Shown here piece after piece: positions 26,201-35,500 of a stretch of 49,205 nucleotides of DNA; within the stretch, counting starts at the first letter, position 1; each line of letters starts with the position of its first letter. Origin of the DNA: Alphaproteobacteria bacterium UBA3864 (GTDB taxonomy: Bacteria; Pseudomonadota; Alphaproteobacteria; CAAGCB01; CAG-977); contig DGGW01000085.1 in the NCBI GenBank assembly GCA_002393065.1, forward strand, positions 1 through 49,205, written 5' to 3'. The notes under the pieces were generated by a model. That model searched no databases. It was not told the DNA's origin and saw only the letters and a program-made list of their open reading frames with translations. The position numbers and the translations under genes were made by a program.

Positions 26201-26886
26201 GCGCCGTCTGGTTTGATGAAAAGGAAGTGCCGCTGATCGTCGAACGTTCCGCCCGCGCCAAGCGGACGAGGATTCGGATTGATCGGACGAACCGTCGCGC
26301 CGTTCTGGTGTTGAGCAAGCGCGCTTCGGAACGGGCAGGACTGGCTTTCGCGCAAAGCAAGGCCGATTGGATCGTCCGCGAATTGAACGCTCTGCCCGCG
26401 CCGAAGGTTTTTGCGGATTCTTTTTCGTTCGATTTTTTGGGCGAACCCGTTGTCATCCGTCATTCGCCGAAATCGCGCCGCGGCGTTTGGAAAACGGACG
26501 GCGTGATCTGGGTTTCGGGGGAGGCCGAGTTTTTGCCCCGTCGCGTCGCCGATTTCCTAAAGCGCGAATTTCAATCCTACGCTCAAAAGAAGATTCTTGA
26601 ATTGGCGGCGGCTCTGCAGGTCAAAGTCAGCCGCATCACGATCCGCGATACGACGTCTCGGTGGGGCAGTTGCACGCGCGACGGCCATATTTCCCTGTCG
26701 TGGCGGTTATGTTTCGCGCCGCCGTCAGCCGCGGATTACGTTATCGCGCACGAAGTTTCCCATTTGAAACAGATGAATCATTCGCCGGCTTTTTGGGCGA
26801 CGGTGGCGATGATTTGCCCGACATATAAGAAAGAGGAAAGCTGGCTTAAGCGCAACGCCGCTTTTCTGTACAGCTTTACCGTTTAG
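26197..26886 (+). CDS. M48-family metallopeptidase, YgjP/DUF45-like
   Basis: The GTG start overlaps the ycgN stop (GTGA). Motifs: TSRWGSCT, DYVIAHEVSHLKQMNHSPAFW. The upstream part of track ORF 25936-26886 overlaps ycgN and is discounted. Confidence 0.85.
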   Translation: MSAVWFDEKEVPLIVERSARAKRTRIRIDRTNRRAVLVLSKRASERAGLAFAQSKADWIVRELNALPAPKVFADSFSFDFLGEPVVIRHSPKSRRGVWKTDGVIWVSGEAEFLPRRVADFLKREFQSYAQKKILELAAALQVKVSRITIRDTTSRWGSCTRDGHISLSWRLCFAPPSAADYVIAHEVSHLKQMNHSPAFWATVAMICPTYKKEESWLKRNAAFLYSFTV

Positions 26887-28141
26887 CGGCGCGGCAGTAT
26901 TTTTTGTCCCACGCGTCCGGACGACCGAGCAGGTCTTCGATCGGATAATGTTTTCCCGTTTTCGGCAGACACCATATCCCCGCGACGGTCGGGGCTCTGA
27001 CGCCCGTCGTTTCGGGAAAAGTGAACGGCCGACCGACGATTTTGCTGTACGCCAGATCGGCGCATAACCGCGCTTCCATATATTTGCCGTTGATGCCGTA
27101 ATCGTCGGCGGGCGCCAGAACGGGGGGCTTTTTGAATCGCGCGAGAATGTCCGAAAACAGCCGTTCGTGTTCGGGCAAAACGATTCCTTTCCCGTTCAGC
27201 AGGTTGCGGAAGTCCTCCGTCGGCAAAGGATTGTTCCATCCGCCGCCGAACGTCAGGAACGCTTCGGGCAGGGGGCCTTTGACGAACGAAAGGGTGTGGA
27301 AATACGCGTAAGCGGATAAGTATTCGACCGTGCGGAGCCTGTCCGGAAAAGGCAAATCCGATTCGGGCAGGACGTACCATGACGGATCCGACGACCGTGG
27401 CGGTTCTTTCAAGAAAAAGTTCCCGCCGTCCGCCGTTTTCGCCGCCGAATCGAACAGTGTTTTCAGATAAGCGGCGTCGATTCGCCCTGTCCGTCCGTAA
27501 AGGCCGTCTTTGTCGCAACGGTCGCCGGTGTTTTCGCGGACAAGGCGGTCGGCGAAATGGTTGAACGGACCGACGTCCCATCCGACGACGGACGAACCGC
27601 TCATCACGGCGATGTTGCCCGTGTTGCCGGCGTTGCAGAAAGCGACGGTTTCAAACGGCAGCGATTCGGACAGATGGGCGTTGTGGGCGGGGATGAGCGG
27701 CGCGCCTTCGCCGCCGTTCAGCACGTCGTCGGAACGGAAATCGTAAACGACCGGCAAGCCGGTCAGATCGGCCAGCTTTTGCGCATCGAAAATCTGCAGC
27801 GTGTACGGTTTTTTCTTGCCGGCGACGGAGGGAGGAAAGTGATCGCAGGTCTGTCCGTGAAAACCGACGGCGACGACTTCGGTCTTGTCCAGCGCGTTGA
27901 CGGCTTTCGCGACCGTTTCGGTATAGCGGTCAAGCGTGTCCCGGAAAAAAGCGTCGTTTTCGAAATCAGCGGCGGGGCGGCCTTTGACGGCGACGCGCAA
28001 CGTCAGCAGGTCTTTCGTCAGTTCGACGGGAAAATCCGTGGAAAAAGCCGCGATATCCCGTATGTTTTTTTCTGAAAATTCCGTTAAAACGGCATCCGCC
28101 GCGTCAAGGGAATTTCCTGTCATTACACCGATTATTTTCAT
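26876..28141 (-). CDS. anmK: Anhydro-N-acetylmuramic acid kinase
   Basis: 421 aa. The N-terminus MKIIGVMTGNSLDAADAVL and internal NIGGI-like motifs (NTGNIAV) fit AnmK. Confidence 0.88.
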   Translation of the reverse strand: MKIIGVMTGNSLDAADAVLTEFSEKNIRDIAAFSTDFPVELTKDLLTLRVAVKGRPAADFENDAFFRDTLDRYTETVAKAVNALDKTEVVAVGFHGQTCDHFPPSVAGKKKPYTLQIFDAQKLADLTGLPVVYDFRSDDVLNGGEGAPLIPAHNAHLSESLPFETVAFCNAGNTGNIAVMSGSSVVGWDVGPFNHFADRLVRENTGDRCDKDGLYGRTGRIDAAYLKTLFDSAAKTADGGNFFLKEPPRSSDPSWYVLPESDLPFPDRLRTVEYLSAYAYFHTLSFVKGPLPEAFLTFGGGWNNPLPTEDFRNLLNGKGIVLPEHERLFSDILARFKKPPVLAPADDYGINGKYMEARLCADLAYSKIVGRPFTFPETTGVRAPTVAGIWCLPKTGKHYPIEDLLGRPDAWDKKYCRAAKR

Positions 28142-28212
28142 TTGACGAATTTTCTTGTATTTTGGACAAAAAGTGTGCTAACTTGTTGAAAGTTTAGTTT
28201 TAGAGGCTTTTT

Positions 28213-28563
28213 ATGTCAACGCAAAAAGAATTGGAAGCGGAACGCTTCGTTCATCGCGGAATGCAGTACCTTCGGTCGACGTTTGCCGATCAAACGGCCG
28301 ATATGACGGACGAGGTTCTGAAAAACAGATTCATAGACCTTTGTCAGCTGGCCATCTCTCACGGTTTTGAAAGTGAAGCCGATGTGATGACGATTGTCGA
28401 TTTTCTGTTCCGTTTGCCGCAGGACGCTCCGGACAGTCCGGATTACGAATGGGTGAAGGATATTCTTTTGTCGGAAGACATGGACAACGCCATGAAAATC
28501 GATGCGCTGTATAACGCTTTCGCGTTGCTGACGGCGCAGGAAACGGAGGAAACCGATCAATGA
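28213..28563 (+). CDS. Small acidic helical hypothetical protein, translationally coupled to the next gene
   Basis: 116 aa, rich in D/E. The stop overlaps the next start (ATGA at 28560-28563). Confidence 0.6.
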   Translation: MSTQKELEAERFVHRGMQYLRSTFADQTADMTDEVLKNRFIDLCQLAISHGFESEADVMTIVDFLFRLPQDAPDSPDYEWVKDILLSEDMDNAMKIDALYNAFALLTAQETEETDQ

Positions 28564-29261
28564 CCGATAATCGCGTCTGCAAAGCGACAATTTATTCCGA
28601 ATCGCCGGATCTGATGATCCCGCGCAAACTCAAACACATGATCATGCCGCGCGATCCGAACGAGCTCGGAACGGCCGTCGGTCACGTCTTCTTCGGAATC
28701 ACCGATAAAAACGGCGTCGAAAAGGTTTACGGTCTGCATGCCGTTTGCGCGATGGTCGGCAACGACAACGTTCCGCCCGAAGACAGAATGGGCCCGATCT
28801 TTTCAACGCGTAAAGTCGCGGGTTGCGTCGCCGACGATTCCAAAGAACCGTACGATGACAAGCTGGTGTACAACATCACCGAAGAGCAGTACAAAAAAAT
28901 CGAAAAATTCGCCGAAGACGCCAAAGCGAATCCGCCGAAATACAATATCCTGACGAACAACTGCGTTTGCTTCGCGTATAACGCTTTGCGTCAAGCGGAA
29001 GTCAAGTTGCCGCCGCAGCTGCCGGTTTACACGCCGGGCATGACGTCCTTGCACATCCGCGCGCTGGACGTGGCGCAAACGACGAAAAAGAATCTCGGTC
29101 TGGCGGCGGCGAAGATTTTAAAGCAGTTCCCGCCGACCCGTTCGGTTTCCGAAAAGATTTTGGAAGACATCCGCAAAAAGCCGTCTATGGAAGGTCATGG
29201 CGTAACGTCGGTCGTCAAGTTGCTGAAATCGACGCTGAATAAAAAATACGGACGGTTTTGA
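28560..29261 (+). CDS. Hypothetical protein with an LRAT/NlpC-P60-like (permuted papain fold) His-His-Cys signature
   Basis: 233 aa. VGHVFFGI...YGLHA, then YNILTNNCVCFAYNAL (Cys codon 28962-28964), resembles the H..H..NCEHF arrangement of the LRAT/HRASLS family. Basic C-terminal tail. Confidence 0.5.
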   Translation: MTDNRVCKATIYSESPDLMIPRKLKHMIMPRDPNELGTAVGHVFFGITDKNGVEKVYGLHAVCAMVGNDNVPPEDRMGPIFSTRKVAGCVADDSKEPYDDKLVYNITEEQYKKIEKFAEDAKANPPKYNILTNNCVCFAYNALRQAEVKLPPQLPVYTPGMTSLHIRALDVAQTTKKNLGLAAAKILKQFPPTRSVSEKILEDIRKKPSMEGHGVTSVVKLLKSTLNKKYGRF

Positions 29262-29278
29262 GCCGTCCCGAATAAGAA

Positions 29279-29306
29279 AGCCTCCGCCGGAACGGAGGCT
29301 TTTTTT
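29279..29306. terminator. Bidirectional intrinsic terminator (agcctccg-ccggaa-cggaggct + T7)
   Basis: An 8-bp GC-rich stem followed by ttttttt on the + strand, with a T-rich run on the - strand as well. It sits between convergent genes. Confidence 0.75.
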
Positions 29307-29438
29307 ATAAGAAGAAGCGCCGGTGCTTTGTTTTTGCGGAAACAACAAAATCCGCAACAAAAAAATGTCGTCGGCAAAATGAAATCATAAGAAAAAGTTT
29401 TGCGCTTTTTGCGATCGGATAGGGCGAAAACGGAAAAA

Positions 29439-30428
29439 TCAGCGTGCGCGACGGGCGGCGATCGTTTTCAGAACGGCGGCCGACGGTCCTTTTTCTTTTA
29501 CCGGCCCAGCGCGGAACGTTTCACGGCGCGGCATATCGCGATAGCTCCGGTCAAGCGGCTTACCGGTCACTTTTTCCAATCCGCCCAGCACTTCGTCAAC
29601 GCGATTTACGGTCGCTTCGCTGATCAGCAGTCTTTCCGGTCTGTTCAACGTATCAAGCTCGTTTTCCCAATAGCAGGAACCGTCCTTGTTCGCGCAAACC
29701 GTTTTCAAAATCTGCGCTGAAGTCGTTTTTTTCCGGAAATAGGCGGACTGGTCGGCCTCTCTGTCCCAGCAGTGGTTCAAAGCGCCCTTGACGATATAGC
29801 CCGTTTCGTATGTTTGGACCATCGCGTCTTCTTTATACCAACCGTCGAAAGCGCCCTGCATCATTTCATTGGTGACGACCGGTGACGACGGGTTTTTGAC
29901 GGCTTTTTCGAAACCGCCGACGATTTCGGGATGTTCCTTCGCAAACTCCTTCAGCGGGGCGTCGTAGCCCGTTTTGGCGCGGATTTCGTGGCAAACGGCG
30001 GCGGCGGTCGCTTCGGCGTCGGCCTCTTTGCAACGCGAAAAGCGCAAGGCGTCGCGAATGTTGTACACGCTGCAATCGTATTCGGCGCCGCGGGCGAATT
30101 GTTGGATGTGACGGCATTCGTGCGCCATCGTTTTGACCAGATAATCGTCGTTTTCGCAAGCGTTCAGGTACAGGTACTTATGGTCGGCGTCAACTTGTCC
30201 GGCCCATCCCTGCGCGCCGATCATGATCAGCTTGTAGCCGTCCTTGCGGGCCTGTTCCAGCAAATCCCTGCCCAGTTCCGAATTTTCGGCGATGGCGTTG
30301 ATGATTTTCGTCGCGCGCTTTTTTTGCGCCGGCATACAGAAGCTCATGTCAATCGCGACGAGGGGCTTTTCATCCCCGCCCGGCATCGGTTGAGCCTTTC
30401 CTTCGTACGCTGTGTTCAAATCGTCCAT
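29439..30428 (-). CDS. Hypothetical HExxH-motif protein (putative zinc metallopeptidase-like)
   Basis: ATG 30428 gives 329 aa (MDDLNTAYEG...). The HECRH motif is at 30108-30122. The longer track ORF (to 30836) overlaps the pbpC 3' end and is discounted. Confidence 0.6.
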   Translation of the reverse strand: MDDLNTAYEGKAQPMPGGDEKPLVAIDMSFCMPAQKKRATKIINAIAENSELGRDLLEQARKDGYKLIMIGAQGWAGQVDADHKYLYLNACENDDYLVKTMAHECRHIQQFARGAEYDCSVYNIRDALRFSRCKEADAEATAAAVCHEIRAKTGYDAPLKEFAKEHPEIVGGFEKAVKNPSSPVVTNEMMQGAFDGWYKEDAMVQTYETGYIVKGALNHCWDREADQSAYFRKKTTSAQILKTVCANKDGSCYWENELDTLNRPERLLISEATVNRVDEVLGGLEKVTGKPLDRSYRDMPRRETFRAGPVKEKGPSAAVLKTIAARRAR

Positions 30429-30492
30429 GACGATACTCCGCACTTGAAAACATTTAAGACAGTTTAGCGGTATTTTATCGTTTTTGTCAAGG

Positions 30493-32532
30493 CTATTTAA
30501 CGTAAATTCGGCGGGGAAGCAGGGATGTTTTTTCTTTTTTGTCCAAAACGACCTCCGCCGAAACGGAATGTTCGCCGCGGACGGGGGACCAGAAAAAGCT
30601 TTGTCCCGTTCCGACGCGTTTTCCGTCGACGAACCATATCGCTTCGGCGCCGTCGGGCAGGGGGGACAATTCGAATTTATAGGCCTGGACATTGTTCGGC
30701 AAACGGGGATCGACGGCCAGAGTCGTTCCGTTTTGCGGCTGAAGGATAACGGGCGCATCGTCTTCGGTTTTCGTTTTTCCGGATGGGGCCGAAGATGCGA
30801 CGAACGGTAGAACGCCGGTGGCTTTCGCGCGGGCAAGGCGGCTGAACACCGAACGGAGCAACGGCGCGGCGCCGGACGCTCCCGTAACGTCGCGCATCGG
30901 TCGGTACGTCAGATTGCCGATCCAGACGCCGACCAGAAAATCGTAAGAATATCCGAACGCCCAGGCGTCGCGGTATCCCGTCGACGTTCCCGTTTTGACG
31001 GCGGTGCGGACGGGGAAGTTCAAAACGCCGTCCGTGTCGAATTCCAATTGACGGGCCAGCGGATCGGCAAGAATGTCGCCGATCATCGCCGCCGTTTTTT
31101 CGGACAGCAGACGCCGTTCTTCGAAAGGATCGTCCTTGCTTGTGCGGATGTTTTTCAGAACGCCGCCGTTCGCCAGCATCAGCCACGCGCGGGCGATTTC
31201 GTAAGGCGGGATCTCCGCGTTGCCCAGCGCCAATCCTTCGCGGTAGAAATCGGGCGATTTTGTCAGCGTCGAAACGCCCGTCCGGCGCAGAAAATCGTAA
31301 TAAGCCGGAACGGAAACGGCTTCGATGACTTTGACGGCGGGGATGTTCAGCGAATTGGCCAACGCCTGACGCAGTGTCAATCGCCCGTAATGGCGGCGAC
31401 TGTAATTTTTAAAGCGGTGCGTTCCCGTTCCGACGGCGCGAATCAACGGTTCGTCAACGATTTCTGTCGTGTCCGTCATTCCTTTTTCCAGCGCGAGGGC
31501 GTACAGCAAAGGCTTTTGGACGGAAGCGGGTTGCCGCGGCGTCAGCAAAGCGTCGATTTTCGCCGTTGTTTCATCCGTGCTTTCGGAAACCCAGGCCAGC
31601 ACGTTTCCCGTTTTGCGTTCAAGAACGATAACGGCGGCATTGGAAACAAGACGGTCACGCAGATCTTCCAGTCTTTGTCGGGCGAGCCTCTGCACATGGC
31701 GCTGCAGCGCGGAATCGAGCGTCGTCCGCACCGTCCCGCCTTTTTTATTTTTGCCGGCAAAGCACAGGAAAGCGGCGGCGTCCGTCGTTTCTTCCGGTTC
31801 CTTCACGCGCAGACGATCGGCGTCGGCCGCCGCGCGTTCGGCCGGCGATATCAATCCTTTTTCGGCAAAAGCCGCTAATTGCGCCGACACGCGCTTTTCC
31901 AGCCGTTCCGGATTCCTGTACAGATCGAACGCCGACGGCGCGCGCACCAAAACGGCCAGAGCCGTCGTTTCGCGCAGGCTCAACCTGTCGGGCGTTTTCC
32001 CGAAATAATATCGCGCGGCCTGTTTGATCCCCCGCCTGTTTGCGGCGTAAGGCACCTGATTCAGGTAAAAAGTCAGAATGTCGTCTTTTGAAAAGCGGCG
32101 TTCCAGACGCAACGCGTCGATGCCTTCCATGATTTTGGGAAAAAGCGTTCGCGGACGGGGAGCCATCAGACGGACGGCTTGTTCGGAAATCGTGCTGGCG
32201 CCGCGGACGATCCGTCCGGCCGAAACGTTCTGCCAAACGGCGGCCGCGACGGCGCGGACGTCCACGCCGCGATGCGTGTAAAAATCCTTGTCTTCCGCCG
32301 CGACGAACAGCCTTTTCACCACGTCGGGGATTTCGTGGGATTCCAGCGTGTCAAAAACGTTCAATCCGTCCGTGACGACCGTGTTCAGCGGATTCCCGTT
32401 TTTGTCGAGGAACAGGATCCGGTCGTTGCCGGTTCCGGTCAGCGAATCGGGCATCGGTGTCAACGAAAACAGAACGGCCGCCGCGAAAAAGCCCGCCGTA
32501 AACGCCGCCGCGCGAACGAAGCCGTTTTTCAC
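30493..32532 (-). CDS. pbpC: Penicillin-binding protein 1C (GT51 transglycosylase + transpeptidase + PBP1C C-terminal domain)
   Basis: 679 aa. GT51 motifs are EDKDFYTHRGVD and GASTISEQ, and the transpeptidase motifs are SVQKP and KTGTS. The GTG start overlaps the alpha-2-macroglobulin stop (GTGA). Confidence 0.9.
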   Translation of the reverse strand: MKNGFVRAAAFTAGFFAAAVLFSLTPMPDSLTGTGNDRILFLDKNGNPLNTVVTDGLNVFDTLESHEIPDVVKRLFVAAEDKDFYTHRGVDVRAVAAAVWQNVSAGRIVRGASTISEQAVRLMAPRPRTLFPKIMEGIDALRLERRFSKDDILTFYLNQVPYAANRRGIKQAARYYFGKTPDRLSLRETTALAVLVRAPSAFDLYRNPERLEKRVSAQLAAFAEKGLISPAERAAADADRLRVKEPEETTDAAAFLCFAGKNKKGGTVRTTLDSALQRHVQRLARQRLEDLRDRLVSNAAVIVLERKTGNVLAWVSESTDETTAKIDALLTPRQPASVQKPLLYALALEKGMTDTTEIVDEPLIRAVGTGTHRFKNYSRRHYGRLTLRQALANSLNIPAVKVIEAVSVPAYYDFLRRTGVSTLTKSPDFYREGLALGNAEIPPYEIARAWLMLANGGVLKNIRTSKDDPFEERRLLSEKTAAMIGDILADPLARQLEFDTDGVLNFPVRTAVKTGTSTGYRDAWAFGYSYDFLVGVWIGNLTYRPMRDVTGASGAAPLLRSVFSRLARAKATGVLPFVASSAPSGKTKTEDDAPVILQPQNGTTLAVDPRLPNNVQAYKFELSPLPDGAEAIWFVDGKRVGTGQSFFWSPVRGEHSVSAEVVLDKKEKTSLLPRRIYVK

Positions 32533-35500
32533 GGACGGACCGTCAAACGGTCGGTCGCGCTCGAACCGAACACGGCGGGTTGATACATTTCCTCGGCTCG
32601 GGCGGGCGGAGCGATAAACTCGCCGTCCGCCGTTACCTGCGCGTCATAGAAAACCTCGTACGTTCCCGCCTTGAGCGATTCGGCGAAGAAATCGGCCGAT
32701 TCGTGCGTAACGTCCGCATGATAGAAAGCGGAATCGTCGGCCAGACCTTTCGATATCGGTTCCAGCACGCCGGCCATCGGGTCGGACAGCGCGACGAAGC
32801 TTTTGAACGACGGAACGGTCAGCGTCAGGGTGACGCGCACGATTTGTCCGCGTTTGAACGTCTTTGTTTCGACGAAACGTCCGTCCTGTTCGACGGCGAA
32901 AGAGCGGGATACTTCAAATCCGGCATTCACGCTTTCCGTTGCCGTCGCGGGATAGGTCAACGCGGCGGTCCAGTACGGTTTTCCTTTTCCTTTCCGTTCG
33001 AACGACAGCGTTGTGTTTTCGGCTTTGTCAAAACGGCGCGATACGGAAACGGGCGTTTTCGCGACGGTCGTTTCCGACAGGACGTCGTCGCCGATCTTTA
33101 CGGAGATATCGGCGCTCCCGCCGTTTTCGACCGTGTCGATGCGTCGGCGCAAAGCCGCCAGACAGAACGCGTTGGCGTGGGTTGTCCGCCATGTCCCGTC
33201 TTTGCCGCGCAAAGCCAGAACGCCGCGTGTCAGCGCCGCGTTTTCCGGCAAAGCGTACAGCGCCGCGCAGTTTGATTTGGCTTCGGACGGCAGGATGTCG
33301 TATTCCTGTCCTTTTTGTTCGGACAAAAAGACCGATCCCGTCGATATTTCGGCGTTTTCGGCCGGATCCGTTTTCAGATAAGGATAAAGAACGGCTTTGT
33401 CGAAGACGCTCATTTTATCTTTTTCGCGCCGCAAGGCGTCCAGATCGGAATCCTTTATCAGCCCGTTTTCGATCAGGAACGGGACGGACAGCGCGCGCAC
33501 GGTCGTCGCCGCGCTCGTTTTGATCCGGCCGTTAAAGATGTCGAGCAGATATTTTCCGAGCTTTTTGGTCGTTTCCCGCGGCAAATCAAAGCCTTTGTTT
33601 TTCATCGCCGTGAAAACGAACGACGTGTAAGCCGACAAATACGGGCTTTCCAATCCGTCGATATCCGTGAAATAGGCCATTCCGCCGTTCGATGTCTGGA
33701 ACGATTCGGCTTCGGACAGCGTTTTTTTGATGAAGGCGTCCGAATCCGGCCATTCGCCGGCTGCGGACAAAGCCGTCCACGCACGGCTGATCCGTTGTTC
33801 CCAGCATCCGAACGGGTACGTTTTCATCGCTTGAACGGCCTGAATCATTGCGGATTCGACCGACGAGGACAGCGTCAGCGTCAACAGGCTGTTTTCCGGG
33901 GCATCAAGCGGCACGGACAACGATTTTTTCCCGATTTGTCCGTACAAAGCGGCCGTTTCGACGCGTTGCGCCGGCAAAACGGGCAGAACGCTGAGCAGGG
34001 TGTCCTTTTCCTTTCCGGCTTCGGCGGTGAACATCATCGCCATTTTGCCTGCCTTTTCCGCCGTTCTCATCGGGAAAACGACGGTTTTCCGTTCAAAGGG
34101 CACCAACGTTTCCTTTTGCTCGATCCCGCCCAGCGACACGACCGCTTCCAGCGGTTTTTCCGTCCGGTTCAGAACGGAAACGGCGGGGGCGAAGACGTCG
34201 CCCGCGCGGACGTGGTTCGGCAACAGGGCGCGCATTTCCAGCGGTTGTGTCACGACGAAGGAGGTTTGCGCTTTGCCGATTCTGCCGTTGATATGCGAGG
34301 CGATGACGATGACGCGCCAGCGGGTCAGGTTGTCCGGCAGCGGGACTTCGATTTCCGCTTTGCCGTTGTTGTCCAGAAGCAGGGAGGGGTTCCAGTATCC
34401 GACCATTTTGAACAGGTCGCGCACGGCAAAACCGGCGCCGCCGTCGCCGCCCTGATTCGCGCCTTTCTTTTCGATGTTCTGGCGGCCGATCAGCTGCTTG
34501 ATCAGGCTGTAAGTCTGAAGGTCCAGATCTTTCAGTCCGCTCAACGCCGGAATCGGGTCGAACGTGTCGATGCCGTTCGGCAACAAAGACAACATCGCTT
34601 CGTCAAGCACGATGACGGCGGCTTCGACCGGTTTTCTGATGGGGGCCGAAATTCTGATTTTCGCTTTCTGACGCGGACGGTATTCCGTTTTTTCCGTCGA
34701 AACGGTCAGCGGCAGAATCTTCGACGGATCGGAAACGGGCAGTTTCAGGTATCCCGTCTTTTCCGCCGGTTTGCCGAGGTCGGGCTTTCCCGCTTTCCGG
34801 TCGGACGTTTTCGTTTTTTCAACGCGAGGCGCAAACAGTTTCGCGGAAACGTAAACGCCGGGGAAAAAGTCTTTGTCGATTTTCAGTTTGATTTTGACCG
34901 TTCCGTCTTTCACCTTTTTTGTGACGGTCTTCAAGACGCCGTTCCGTTCGACGGTCAGCAGCAAACGCGCTTTCGGGAACGGGTTTTCGATCATCAGAAC
35001 GGCCGTGTCACCGACGGCATAGCTTTTTTTATCGCCGGAAATCGTCAAAGCGTCGTCGTCGTTTGACGCCCACGCGACATAGTTCGGCCCTTCGACGTAA
35101 AAAGAGGCTTCGGCGGTCGAATCGCCGGTTTTCGCCCGCACGGTGTAAGATCCGGCTTTGTCGGGTGTGAACGGGCAGTAAACGGGTTTGTCCGCGCTCG
35201 TCAGCGTGCATTCCGCAACGGGGACGGGGTCTTGCTCGTAGCGCAGGATGTAAGCGTTTCCGGCCGCTTTTTCACGAATGAGCTTGTGGTCGTTGTACAG
35301 GATGTCAACGTTCGTTTTTTTGCCGGCGACGGTCTTTTTGTCCGGAGAAACGACAACGACGGCCGTTTTCGTTTCCTGTCCCGCCGGAACGACGAAGCTT
35401 TCGGGTTTGACGCCGACCAACGCGTCGTGCGCGAAATAAGGAACGCTTTTAACGGCGGACGCGAAACGGCCGTCATCGCCGAAAACGCGCGTTTCAAAAA

